From: Phormidium sp.
GTDB taxonomy: Bacteria > Cyanobacteriota > Cyanobacteriia > Cyanobacteriales > Aerosakkonemataceae
Direction of reading: 5' to 3'
DNA: 64,000 nucleotides
Assembly: GCA_051013385.1 (NCBI GenBank)
Contig: CP143273.1
Coordinates: forward strand, 1,280,001 to 1,344,000
The translations under genes and the position numbers were made by a program. Positions 51,672-61,634 of this stretch are shown one piece after another. The notes below the pieces were generated by a model, which searched no databases, had not been told where the DNA came from, and was given only the letters and a program-made list of their open reading frames with translations. Every line of letters begins with the position of its first letter. The stretch's first letter is position 1.

Positions 51672-52205
51672 TTGGATTTATGGCAGGAAATGAAACATAC
51701 CCATATCGCTAGTAGTACTCCCAGCCGAACTAGGATAAAACTTTCTCAAAAACGCCGCAATGCCGATGAAATGGCGCGGATTGTCCATGCGCTGAAAGAA
51801 CATCCCCAGATTCTTGATATTCGTCCGAATATTAACACTGGCAGCATTGTAATTTATCATGCTGAAAATGATGGAAATGTGGACGATATCCAAGCTGTTT
51901 TGCAGGATTTAGGCATCATTTTGGGAGACATTGTTGATGTACCAATAGTAGAGGGAAAGTCGGGAGTAGCAAAGGATTTAACTAATGCTATTTCTGACCT
52001 TAACCAAAGAGTTGGTCAAGCAAGCGGCGGTGTAGTCGATTTGCGATTCTTGGTACCCGTTGGACTTGGTACGTTGGCAATTTATCAGTTACTCCAAAAA
52101 GGATGGCAATTTGAAACGGTTCCTTGGTATGTGTTAGCTTGGTACTCTTTTGATAGCTTTATTAAGCTACATTACACCTCAGATCCAGAACAAAAGAATA
52201 GTTAG
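51672..52205 (+). CDS. HMA2-like domain membrane protein (FezC-like)
   Basis: STPSRTRIK..NINTGSIVIYH N-terminal domain; C-terminal DLRFLVPVGLGTLA..PWYVLAWY. Confidence 0.75.
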   Translation: MDLWQEMKHTHIASSTPSRTRIKLSQKRRNADEMARIVHALKEHPQILDIRPNINTGSIVIYHAENDGNVDDIQAVLQDLGIILGDIVDVPIVEGKSGVAKDLTNAISDLNQRVGQASGGVVDLRFLVPVGLGTLAIYQLLQKGWQFETVPWYVLAWYSFDSFIKLHYTSDPEQKNS

Positions 52206-52489
52206 TCTGATTTTCCTAAGTCCCTTGATTTAGAGAGAAATCAGGCTCAAAATTTGTTGTTGGCGATCGACTAAAGTGCGATCGCAACTCCTTTTTCAAC
52301 TCAACTTTGACGGAAATATTTTGTTTCCCACTAACCTCTTTAGGGGTTAGTTTCTCATCAACCAAAACTGAGTTAATAAAAGGTTAAGAAAGTGGCTTTC
52401 ATTACAAAAGAATTGAAAATCTGCCATTAAGATTTTCTGAAGTTGAATTTTGCTCCTTTAAAGCGTGGAGGAATAACATATAAACCAAA

Positions 52490-55400
52490 ATGACCAATCT
52501 CACTGCACAAAACTCTAACAACGCTCTGCAAATCGTCCATAATGTTCCCGGTAGAGTGCGCCTAAAAGCAACTGATAGCAGTCAGGTAAAAGCTTTGGAA
52601 AAGGTAGCGCAAAAGCTCCGCAAACAAGAGGGAATTTACGAAGTCAGAACGAACTCGGCAACGAAAAGTTTAGTTGCTACCTTTGACAGCGATATTGTAT
52701 CAATGCCAGAGATTTCTAAAGTGCTTCAGCAGTCTGGATCGACTCAACCTTTAGTGTTAGTTGAAAAAGAGCAGAAACAAGAGTTACAGGAACTTTTGGC
52801 ATCGGGAGATCTGTCTGAACAATATCCTCGAATTGCGCGATCGATCCTATCCATAATTGCTGGAATGGCAGTCACAGGAGCATTAGGAGTAACTGGGTTA
52901 ATGTCCTTGCCAGTATTCATGATTACAGACAGAGTAAGTCATGAATTACTAAAATATATTGAGTCGGAATTTCTGTCAGAAAAGCCAGAGTTAGAAACGC
53001 CAGATTCAGCTAATGAATTAAATGGCAAGGTAGGCGATCGCCAAGAGCTAAGTTATAGCATAGTGCATGAGACTCCGGGAAGAATTCGCTTTCGCATTCC
53101 CTTAGTTGCTAAAGATGCAGATTACGCTCAAAAGCTAACTCAATTAGCTGAATCAGATTCTAGAGTTACTAACATCAAGATTAACAAAGATGCGGCATCA
53201 GTAGCAATTTTCTATCAAGCATCTGACTTGTCACCAGCAGCAATTAAAGCGCATTTAGTGCATTTAATTGAGTTAGCAAATGACCCCAGCACTTTGATTA
53301 AAATTGGTTCTTCTGCTACCATAGAAACAGAAGAAGAAACTAACCCTTGGTCTAATTTAAGTTTGCCTGTAGCAACTGCGGTGTTAGCTTTATTAAGTGG
53401 GCCGATCGGTTTACCAATTCCGCCGATCGTGACTGGGGGTGCGATCGCGATCGCCACCATACCAGTAGCACAACGCGCCTTAGAAAGCATCCTCACCGAA
53501 GGTAAATTAAACATCGATTTCCTTGACTTTTCTGCGATCGCAATTACCACATTGCAAGGTCAATTTATTAACCCCGCAATCATGTTAATCTTGATTGAAC
53601 TTGGGGAAGCAATCAGGGAACAAACGGCACGTTCTTCCAAAAAACAAACCTTAGATTTGCTCGATTCTTTAAAGCAATTTGTTTGGGTAGAACGCAACGG
53701 CGAAAAGCAAGAAATTTCCATTCACGATGTCCAAAAAGGCGACACAGTTATAGTTTATCCCGGCGATCAAATACCAGTAGACGGGCGAATTTTGCGGGGT
53801 AAAGCATTAATTGACGAACAAAAACTCACAGGCGAATCAATGCCTGTAATGCGAAGCGAAGGACAAACAGTTTACACCTCTACCTTAGTTAGAGAAGGAC
53901 AACTTTACATCCTCGCCGAACACATTGGCATTGAAACTCGCGCCGGACAAATTATTAAAGTGATGCAGGATGCACCTGTTCACGATACCCGGATCGAAAA
54001 TTACGCCGCAAAAGTTGCCGATCAAGCTGTTATTCCCACCCTATTACTATCAGGAATTGTCTTTGGTTTAACCGGGAATTTAGCTCGCGCAGCTTCCATT
54101 TTAACCATTGACTTTGCCACAGGAATTCGCGTTTCTGTACCGACAACTGTATTAGCTGCCTTGACTTATGCGGCAAGAAGAGGCATCTTAATTCGTAGCG
54201 GGAGAGCATTGGAAAAATTAGCTACTGTGGATGCAGTTGTATTTGATAAAACAGGGACTTTAACTAAAGGTGAACCGACAGTTGTTAACGTCGAAACTGC
54301 CAGCGAATCAATCTCACCTTTGCAAGTTTTAGAACTTGCCGCAGCTGCGGAACAAAGAATAACTCATCCTGTCGCTGTTGCTGTCGTCAAATATGCTGAA
54401 GATCAAGGTGCAAGAATTTTACCTCGTAGTGAATGGCATTACGAAATAGGTTTAGGAATTCGCGCCGAAATTGACGGACAAAATGTGTTAGTTGGTAGTA
54501 ACCGCTTCCTAGAACAAGAGGGAATTAACGTTGATATATTGCATGAAAAATATCCTCATCTCAAGTCAGGAAGTTGTTCTTTAATCTACGTTGCCAGCAA
54601 TGGCGAATTACAAGGTGTAATTGCTTATCGCGATCCTTTACGCGCAGAAAGTCGGGATGTAATTAAAGCTTTACGCACTGCTGCGGACATGGATATTCAC
54701 ATTTTGACAGGCGATAACAAACGCACAGCAAAAGTAGTTGCTGGTGAGTTAGGAATTGCACCAAATAATACTCATGCGGAAGCATTTCCTGAAACCAAAG
54801 TTGCTGTTGTTAAAGCATTACATGAAGAAGGAAAAACTGTAGCTTTTGTTGGTGATGGAATTAATGATTCTCCGGCGCTTGCTTATGCAGATGTTTCGGT
54901 TTCCTTCGCTGATGGTTCTGATGTGGCGAGGGAAACGGCAGATGTGGTATTAATGGAAAATAATTTGCGTGGTTTGCCGGAAGCGATCGCGATCGCACGT
55001 CAAGCATTAGAATTAATTAACCAAAATACCGCCATTGTCGCCGTACCAAACTTAAGTGCTTTAGTGTTAGCAGTGTTATTTGGAATTCCCCCACTCGCCG
55101 CCACTTTAGTTAACAACGGTTCCGCAATTGTCGCTGGATTAAATGGTTTACGTCCCCTGCTAATTAGTAACGAAGAAATGGATCAGTTGGCTAATAATTT
55201 AGATAATAACCAACAGCCAACTGTAGAATCAAGTAATGGGAATGGCAAATCTTATCACCTAGAAATAATTCCTCCCAACGGCAATGGTAAACCTCACCAT
55301 TCCTTAGAGATGAAAGATCTGGAACTCATCTCTACTAATGGTAATGGTACTCACATTCCCAAAGAACTGAGTTTAGTACATTTAAACGGGAAATCTGAGT

Positions 55401-55645
55401 ATTCTAAAAACGGGAGTTCCGTTGCAGTAGCGGAAAAAAATGGCAACTCTCACTCCCATCTGAATGTGATTGAAACAACCCGATCGTTAACAGGTAAAGC
55501 TTTAGCAGAACGCTTAAAAGTCAGCGTTAGTACCATCAGTAAAAGAAAGTCACAATCTGACTTTTCCCAATGGTGTAAAACTAAAGATCCTGAAGGAATT
55601 ACCTGGAAATATTCGGCTAAATCTCAACTGTTTGTGAGTGTTTAA
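52490..55645 (+). CDS. Heavy-metal translocating P1B-type ATPase
   Basis: LTGES, DKTGT, HP, LTGD, GDGINDSPAL; two H..PGRxR N-terminal domains; DFATG in place of CPC. Confidence 0.93.
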   Translation: MTNLTAQNSNNALQIVHNVPGRVRLKATDSSQVKALEKVAQKLRKQEGIYEVRTNSATKSLVATFDSDIVSMPEISKVLQQSGSTQPLVLVEKEQKQELQELLASGDLSEQYPRIARSILSIIAGMAVTGALGVTGLMSLPVFMITDRVSHELLKYIESEFLSEKPELETPDSANELNGKVGDRQELSYSIVHETPGRIRFRIPLVAKDADYAQKLTQLAESDSRVTNIKINKDAASVAIFYQASDLSPAAIKAHLVHLIELANDPSTLIKIGSSATIETEEETNPWSNLSLPVATAVLALLSGPIGLPIPPIVTGGAIAIATIPVAQRALESILTEGKLNIDFLDFSAIAITTLQGQFINPAIMLILIELGEAIREQTARSSKKQTLDLLDSLKQFVWVERNGEKQEISIHDVQKGDTVIVYPGDQIPVDGRILRGKALIDEQKLTGESMPVMRSEGQTVYTSTLVREGQLYILAEHIGIETRAGQIIKVMQDAPVHDTRIENYAAKVADQAVIPTLLLSGIVFGLTGNLARAASILTIDFATGIRVSVPTTVLAALTYAARRGILIRSGRALEKLATVDAVVFDKTGTLTKGEPTVVNVETASESISPLQVLELAAAAEQRITHPVAVAVVKYAEDQGARILPRSEWHYEIGLGIRAEIDGQNVLVGSNRFLEQEGINVDILHEKYPHLKSGSCSLIYVASNGELQGVIAYRDPLRAESRDVIKALRTAADMDIHILTGDNKRTAKVVAGELGIAPNNTHAEAFPETKVAVVKALHEEGKTVAFVGDGINDSPALAYADVSVSFADGSDVARETADVVLMENNLRGLPEAIAIARQALELINQNTAIVAVPNLSALVLAVLFGIPPLAATLVNNGSAIVAGLNGLRPLLISNEEMDQLANNLDNNQQPTVESSNGNGKSYHLEIIPPNGNGKPHHSLEMKDLELISTNGNGTHIPKELSLVHLNGKSEYSKNGSSVAVAEKNGNSHSHLNVIETTRSLTGKALAERLKVSVSTISKRKSQSDFSQWCKTKDPEGITWKYSAKSQLFVSV

Positions 55646-55876
55646 GTAGGTAGATATAAATAAAGTGAAAACTATGGCAGGCAGGATGCCCGCCCCACAA
55701 GAGTTAGAGCTTTGTTGTGGGGTGGGCATCCTGCCTGCCCCACAAGAGTTAGAGCTTTGTTGTGGGGTGGGCATCCTGCCTGCCCTACAAGAGTTAGAGC
55801 TTTGTTGTGGGGTGGGCATCCTGCCTGCCCCATCCTTTAGATAACTATTATCACTTTATTTATTTACATCGACTTA
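55643..55876. mobile_element. MITE-like element with three internal 45-bp tandem repeats
   Basis: TIRs as at 27312-27453; unit gccccacaagagttagagctttgttgtggggtgggcatcctgcct at 55692, 55737 and 55782. Confidence 0.8.
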
Positions 55877-55902
55877 GAAGAAAAGAAACGACTTCAGTCG
55901 TT

Positions 55903-56487
55903 TTATGAGAGAAATTGCAGGTCTTGAGGAGTGTCTAAGTCAATGATTCCTTGGTTAAATGGAATGCTTAAGGAATGGGAGTGATGCTGACGAATAATTG
56001 ATTTTGCACCAACATCTCCTTGAAGTGTTAATAATTCGGGAAAAAATGTTTTGTGAAATAAAGCGGGAACACCCAAAATGCCAGCGTATTCAGAGGCAAC
56101 AATGGGATAGTTTAAGTCTCGATATCCAGCAATTAATTTGTGAATTAGATCGGGTGAAACAAAGGGTTGATCGCATACCATGAGGACGATCGCATCAAGT
56201 TCAACCGAAACTCTCAACATTTCCCGCAGTCCACACTGAATCGAACTTGCCATCCCCCTTGACCAATTTTTGTTATAAAATATGTGAATGTCTAGATTTG
56301 ATAGATGTGGCACGATCGCCTCAGCATGAGCTCCCAAAACTACCCCAACTTGTTGACAGTTAGAAGCGATCGCCACCTCTGCCATCTGTCGAATCAGCGG
56401 TTTGCCTTGATAAAATAAGAGTTGTTTCGGTTGTCCTAAGCGGGTAGAGGCTCCCGCTGCCAAAATTAGGATACCAATTCTAGCCAT
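55903..56487 (-). CDS. mocA: Molybdenum cofactor cytidylyltransferase-like nucleotidyltransferase
   Basis: ILAAGASTRLGQPKQLL, GMASSI, CDQP, GDVGAK, DLDTP; lies in an xdh cluster. Confidence 0.8.
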   Translation of the reverse strand: MARIGILILAAGASTRLGQPKQLLFYQGKPLIRQMAEVAIASNCQQVGVVLGAHAEAIVPHLSNLDIHIFYNKNWSRGMASSIQCGLREMLRVSVELDAIVLMVCDQPFVSPDLIHKLIAGYRDLNYPIVASEYAGILGVPALFHKTFFPELLTLQGDVGAKSIIRQHHSHSLSIPFNQGIIDLDTPQDLQFLS

Positions 56488-57620
56488 GCTGGTTTTGTGG
56501 GAGAATGAATCGAACCGATGCGATCGCGCAGAAAACCACCAGAACGCCCACTGAGTACCGCTTGAATTTCTGCGACGATGGAAAGGGCTATTTCTTCAGG
56601 AGTTTCCGCCCCAATATCCAACCCGATCGGATTATAAAGCTGTTGATTTGGCGTGACACCGTTTTCGGCTAAATCTTGCGATAATTGCTGCATTCGTCGT
56701 TTTGGCCCTAATACGCCTAAATAACGCAGTCCAGACGGAATCAAGGTTTTGAGAAATGCCAGATCGCTAATATATCGATGAGTCATGACAACAGCGACAG
56801 TTTGGGGTGTTAGTAAATGGTTATAGGTTTCCGGTTGTTCTGGTTTGCAGTGTAGCAGTCGATCGGCTCTTGGAAAGCGATCGCCAGTTAAATAACTCGA
56901 TCTATGATCTATAACTGTAACCTGCCAGCCTAATTGTTTGGCGAACTGCACCACTGGAATAGCATCATATCCGCCGCCAAAAATTAGCAAGGGAACGGGT
57001 GGAGAAATCACTTCCAGTAACAGATCAATTTTTCCAGAAGATAGAGTGTAAGATTGTACAAGAGTTTGTTTTTCAATCAGTGTTTTGCCAAGGTCTTTTG
57101 CAACTGTTTGAGCAATATCTTGGTTAGCGATTTGGTTGATGATTGTGGTGTCAGATTTCATCATTAGTCGATCGCCTACTCGAATATCCGACACATTTTC
57201 TACAGCAAAGACAGTGGCGATCGCAATCATTTGCTGAGTATGCAAACAATCTCGAATTAAGGAAAGTTGACTAATCGCAGAATCATGGTTCAAAGATTCA
57301 ATCAAAACATCAACAATCCCATTGCATCCTAATCCAAAACCGAACACAATATCATCACTGGAAGTTGTGTCATATCTGACTAAGATGGGATTGGTATTAT
57401 TGGAGAGGAGAGAGTGCGATCGATCCAAAATATCGCTTTCCAAACAGCCACCACTAATCGCACCAATCATCTCTCCATCTTCAGTTAATAACATCCGCGC
57501 ACCCGGTCTACGATAAGCCGATCCACTCGTTCGCACAACTGTTGCTAAGACTGCGCGTTTTTCAGCCTGTTGGCTATGTTCAAAGGCTTGTAGAATTCTT
57601 TGTAGTTCGTTCATAGGCAT
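56466..57620 (-). CDS. xdhC: XdhC/CoxI family accessory protein
   Basis: GSAYRRPGARM, ISGGCLE, GLGCNG, PIGLDIGAETPEEIALSI. Confidence 0.9.
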   Translation of the reverse strand: MPMNELQRILQAFEHSQQAEKRAVLATVVRTSGSAYRRPGARMLLTEDGEMIGAISGGCLESDILDRSHSLLSNNTNPILVRYDTTSSDDIVFGFGLGCNGIVDVLIESLNHDSAISQLSLIRDCLHTQQMIAIATVFAVENVSDIRVGDRLMMKSDTTIINQIANQDIAQTVAKDLGKTLIEKQTLVQSYTLSSGKIDLLLEVISPPVPLLIFGGGYDAIPVVQFAKQLGWQVTVIDHRSSYLTGDRFPRADRLLHCKPEQPETYNHLLTPQTVAVVMTHRYISDLAFLKTLIPSGLRYLGVLGPKRRMQQLSQDLAENGVTPNQQLYNPIGLDIGAETPEEIALSIVAEIQAVLSGRSGGFLRDRIGSIHSPTKPAWLELVS

Positions 57621-57727
57621 TTAAAAACCTTTTTTATAAATAAACCGCTCCAGACACAGAGGACGCAGAGGGAAGAGGGAGAAGATATTAACCCAAGTTG
57701 CTAGTTATAAGATTAGTCTGATTCTTT

Positions 57728-57794
57728 GTACGTTGTTGGGCTTTAGCCCTCATAAAGCCACGTTTCCTAAGAGGGCTAAAGCCCAACAACGTAC
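57728..57794. repeat. gtacgttgttg-type palindromic element
   Basis: gtacgttgttgggctttagccctc ... gagggctaaagcccaacaacgtac perfect arms. Confidence 0.8.
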
Positions 57795-57808
57795 TTCTGC
57801 ACTCACGA

Positions 57809-59932
57809 CTATGCTATTAATTTGTCAGGAGCGATCGGTAAATTGCGGAACCGTTTGCCTGTTGCGTGGTAGATGGCGTTAGCAACAGCAGCAGCCACCC
57901 CGGTAATGCCAATTTCACCAGCACCGCGAACGCCCAAGGGGTTAAAATTTAGATCGGGTTTGCCGACAAATGTTACGTCAATGCGAGGAATATCAGCGTG
58001 GCTGGGATAATGATAAGTTGCTAAGTCATAAACTACGGGATGTCCTGTATTAGGGTCGAAAACGCACTCTTCCATCAGTGCTTCCCCAATGCCCATGATT
58101 ACGCCGCCTCGAATCTGACTGGCAGCGGCTTTGGCATTGATTACCTGCCCAACGTCCATTACCGATACCCAGCGCGTTACCCGTAGCCGTCCTAGTTCTT
58201 CATCGATCGCCACTTCACAAAAATGAGCCCCCCAAGATTGAAACGCCCATTGTTTGACTTCTTCACCACGAGCAGACGATCCTGTAGCTTCCAATGCCTC
58301 TGTTCCAGAACTTTGTAATTTCTGAAGTGCCTCTGCTATAGTGGCAAAATTCCCAGACTTGAGCAAGTTCTGACAAGCTTGTTGCACAGCAGGAGCGAGA
58401 TTTGCCGTCATTTGCGAACCTCCAGCCATGCCACCATCAGGGAACAAAGAATCGCCGATTTCTACGCTTACTCTGTCCACCGACACCCCCAAGGTTTCCG
58501 CAGCCATAATTGCTACGAGGGTATAGGCTCCAGTTCCCATGTCATTGGCAGATGTTAATACATTTACTCGTCCATCGGGTAACAATCTTACCTTAACTGC
58601 GGCGTTTCCCCGAAAACTCGGAAAGGTTGCTGCTGCCATTCCCCATCCTATTAATAGACCTTCTTTGGTGAGCGTGCGGGGTTGAGGACGATTCTGCCAA
58701 CCGAAGCGTTTGGCTCCTTCTTTCAGACAGTCGGCAAAATGCTTGGAAGAAAAGGGAAGGTTGTTCCGCAGATTGGTTTTAGTTTCGTTCTGAAGTCGCA
58801 ATTCCACTGGATCGAGGTTGAGTTTCCATGCCAGTTCATCCATTGCTGATTCCAGCGCCCACATTCCAGGGGTTTCTCCTGGTCCTCGCATAAATGCGGG
58901 AGTCCCAATATTTAATGTGGCTAGAGTTTGGCTAGTCTGCACATTAGGCGCAGCGTACATGACGGGAGTAATGTTGGTGCAGGGTTCGGTAAACTGCTCG
59001 ACGGGAGAGGTAATGGATTTAGCGGTGTGGACGATCGCTTCTAGCTTCCCATCTTTTGTCGCACTCAGCCTTAAAGTTTGCTCCGTTTCCGATCGATGCC
59101 CCGTGTTAGCAGTCATCTGGCGACGGCTCACCACTACCTTGAGCGGACGCTGTATTTGACGAGCAACGGCAGCACACAATATGCTGTGAGGCCAAGGAAA
59201 TGCTTTAGAACCAAATCCACCACCAATGTACGGAGTAACAATTCGCACCTTTTCCGAGGGAATGCCAAATAATTCGGCATAGGTGCGCTGAGATGCTGCC
59301 ACCCACTGCGAGCCTTCGTAAACCGTCAGCGCTTCTTGTCCTTGCCACTGAGCAATAATAGCATGGGGTTCCATAGGAACATGAAGTTCAGTAGAAGTGG
59401 TGTAGGTTGCTTCTACAGTTGCTCCTGCGATTTCTGTTCCCTCTGTTACCCTGGAAAATTCCCCTTTCTCAAGCACCATATCTTCGCCAAATAAACCGAT
59501 CGCAGGCTTATAAGTACCTTTGGCAGCATCAACTAATGGTGTTTCGATGTCGTACTCTACTTGCAACAGTTGGGCGGCATCCCGCGCTCGTTCAAAGGTA
59601 TCCGCTACTACCAACCCAATAATCTGTCCGGCATAATGTATCTGGTCATCAGAAAGGGGCAGACGGGCTTCGTAGACTTTGCTAGCGATAAAGTTATTGC
59701 TGGGTGGGAATACCTTGGGGGCGTTTTTGTGGGTAAAGACGGCGATCGCTCCTGGGGCTTTTTCGGCTGCTTGGGTGGAGATCGATCGAATCCTTCCTTT
59801 AGCGATCGCAGATGTCACCAAATATCCATACACTAACCCTGGAATCTGTTTCTCGGCTGTGTAGGTGGCTTTTCCTGTCACCTTAGCCAGCCCATCTTTA
59901 CGGTTAACCGCAGTACCGATCACCTTGTTCAT
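57809..59932 (-). CDS. Xanthine dehydrogenase family molybdopterin-binding subunit (PaoC/YagR-like)
   Basis: KVTGKATY, IGGGFGSK, MRGPGE, DMGTG, RGAGEIG. Confidence 0.92.
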   Translation of the reverse strand: MNKVIGTAVNRKDGLAKVTGKATYTAEKQIPGLVYGYLVTSAIAKGRIRSISTQAAEKAPGAIAVFTHKNAPKVFPPSNNFIASKVYEARLPLSDDQIHYAGQIIGLVVADTFERARDAAQLLQVEYDIETPLVDAAKGTYKPAIGLFGEDMVLEKGEFSRVTEGTEIAGATVEATYTTSTELHVPMEPHAIIAQWQGQEALTVYEGSQWVAASQRTYAELFGIPSEKVRIVTPYIGGGFGSKAFPWPHSILCAAVARQIQRPLKVVVSRRQMTANTGHRSETEQTLRLSATKDGKLEAIVHTAKSITSPVEQFTEPCTNITPVMYAAPNVQTSQTLATLNIGTPAFMRGPGETPGMWALESAMDELAWKLNLDPVELRLQNETKTNLRNNLPFSSKHFADCLKEGAKRFGWQNRPQPRTLTKEGLLIGWGMAAATFPSFRGNAAVKVRLLPDGRVNVLTSANDMGTGAYTLVAIMAAETLGVSVDRVSVEIGDSLFPDGGMAGGSQMTANLAPAVQQACQNLLKSGNFATIAEALQKLQSSGTEALEATGSSARGEEVKQWAFQSWGAHFCEVAIDEELGRLRVTRWVSVMDVGQVINAKAAASQIRGGVIMGIGEALMEECVFDPNTGHPVVYDLATYHYPSHADIPRIDVTFVGKPDLNFNPLGVRGAGEIGITGVAAAVANAIYHATGKRFRNLPIAPDKLIA

Positions 59933-60924
59933 GCCATACCTCCGCCCTGTGCTGAAATGGTGAGTGCCCGTTTGATTGCCCGTTTTGCCATGTTGACTTT
60001 GAAACTGTTGTGAGTTAGCGGTTTTGCTCCTTGCAATACAATCTCTGCTACTTGTTGGAATGTCTCAATTGTAGGGGATTTGCCTTTGAGGAAAGTTTCG
60101 GCTTCGGGAACTCGCCAAGGTTTATGGGCGACTCCACCCAAGGCAAGACGAGCATCCCGAATCTGATTACCAGATAGATCGATCGCAGCTGCTACCGAAA
60201 TCAGAGCAAAGGAATAGGAAGCTCGATCGCGCAACTTCAAATAAACTCCCGTTTTCCCAAAGGGTAAAGGTGGTAAAATCACAGCCGTAATCAGTTCCCC
60301 AGATTCCAAATTACTATCTCGTTCCGGGGCATCACCCGGTAAACGATGAAAGTCATTAAACGGAATCTGTCGCTGTCCTTTGCTGCTTTCCACTTCTACC
60401 ACTGCATCCAACGCTGCCAATGCCACGCACATATCAGAAGGATGAACGGCAATGCAACTATCGCTTGCTCCCAAAATCGCGTGCATCCGATTGATTCCCG
60501 GAAGTGCTGCACAACCACTTCCCGGCTGTCTTTTATTGCAAGCAAATACGGTGTCGTAGTAGTAAGGACAACGAGTGCGTTGTAACAAATTACCACCGAC
60601 GGTTGCCATGTTGCGAATTTGTTGGGATGCTCCCGACAAAATGGCGCGAGATAACAGGGGATAGTCACGGCGAATCTGGGGATGATCGGCAACCGCTGTA
60701 TTAGTTGCCAGTGCGCCAATGCGAATGCCTCCTTCTCTTGTAGCTTCGATTTGTTTTAAATCTAAACGAGAGACATCAATCAGTTGTTCGGGTCGATCGA
60801 GAAATACTTTTAGGCGATCGATCAGGTTAGTTCCCCCGGCAATGAACTGGGCATTTTGTGTAGTTTGCGATCGCTGCACCGCATCTTCAGCCGAAGTAGC
60901 CCGAACATAAGCAAAATTCTTCAT
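59929..60924 (-). CDS. Xanthine dehydrogenase family FAD-binding subunit (PaoB/YagS-like)
   Basis: IAGGTNL, GASQQIRNMATVGGNLLQRTRC..CNKR..GC..C insert. Confidence 0.92.
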   Translation of the reverse strand: MKNFAYVRATSAEDAVQRSQTTQNAQFIAGGTNLIDRLKVFLDRPEQLIDVSRLDLKQIEATREGGIRIGALATNTAVADHPQIRRDYPLLSRAILSGASQQIRNMATVGGNLLQRTRCPYYYDTVFACNKRQPGSGCAALPGINRMHAILGASDSCIAVHPSDMCVALAALDAVVEVESSKGQRQIPFNDFHRLPGDAPERDSNLESGELITAVILPPLPFGKTGVYLKLRDRASYSFALISVAAAIDLSGNQIRDARLALGGVAHKPWRVPEAETFLKGKSPTIETFQQVAEIVLQGAKPLTHNSFKVNMAKRAIKRALTISAQGGGMA

Positions 60925-61538
60925 CCCGCCACCTCCTGCACCACCATTGTCGCCGCCGGAGAAGGCGGAGTTTGTCCTGCTGCTTGTTGCACAGCTGCCA
61001 CAATACCGTTATAAGCACTACAGCGACAGAGATTACCGCTGAGTCGTTCTTTAATCTCGGTTTCCGAAAGCGTTGCCAGTTGGGGTGGATTGGTTAAATC
61101 AGCCGTCAGAGCACTAGCACAACCGCGATTAACTTCCGCTAACAGAGCAACCGATGCACAGATTTGCCCAGGTGTACAATACCCACACTGAAAGCCATCA
61201 TTTTCAATAAATGCAGCTTGCACGGGATGTAGTTGTTCGCCTTTCGCCAAACCTTCGATCGTGGTAATCGATCGCCCTTCCTGCATTATGGCAAGGGAGA
61301 GACAGGAGTAAATGCGATCGCCATCGATCAGCACCGTACAAGCACCACATTGACCATGATCGCAACCTTTTTTCGTGCCTGTCAGTCCCAACCTTTCCCG
61401 TAATACATCCAACAACGTAACACGCGGTTCAATCGAAACAGTCTGAGACTGTCCATTGATGGTAAGCGTAACAGGGGTTTCCCCTTGCATGGGAAAATCG
61501 CGTTCGGCTTTGCCGTCTTGCAGGGAATCGGTTAACAT
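60921..61538 (-). CDS. 2Fe-2S subunit (PaoA/YagT-like), N-terminus apparently truncated
   Basis: TKKGCDHGQCGACTV, QCGYCTPG, NLCRC. Confidence 0.9.
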   Translation of the reverse strand: MLTDSLQDGKAERDFPMQGETPVTLTINGQSQTVSIEPRVTLLDVLRERLGLTGTKKGCDHGQCGACTVLIDGDRIYSCLSLAIMQEGRSITTIEGLAKGEQLHPVQAAFIENDGFQCGYCTPGQICASVALLAEVNRGCASALTADLTNPPQLATLSETEIKERLSGNLCRCSAYNGIVAAVQQAAGQTPPSPAATMVVQEVAG

Positions 61539-61634
61539 TTCTTGACCCTCAGCAACATTAACATTATGTAGGATTTTCGGGGCAGCGATCGCTAATCATT
61601 TAGACTCTCTATAAACAATAACAATCTGAGAGTT

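Noticed and set aside
55550..55819. ORF with MPTPQQSSNSC repeats as a possible RiPP precursor
   Set aside because: It is the translation of the 45-bp palindromic repeat, has no leader or modifying enzymes, and overlaps the ATPase antisense
55692..55830. Possible CRISPR array
   Set aside because: The units are contiguous near-identical 45-mers with no unique spacers, lie inside a MITE, and have no cas genes nearby
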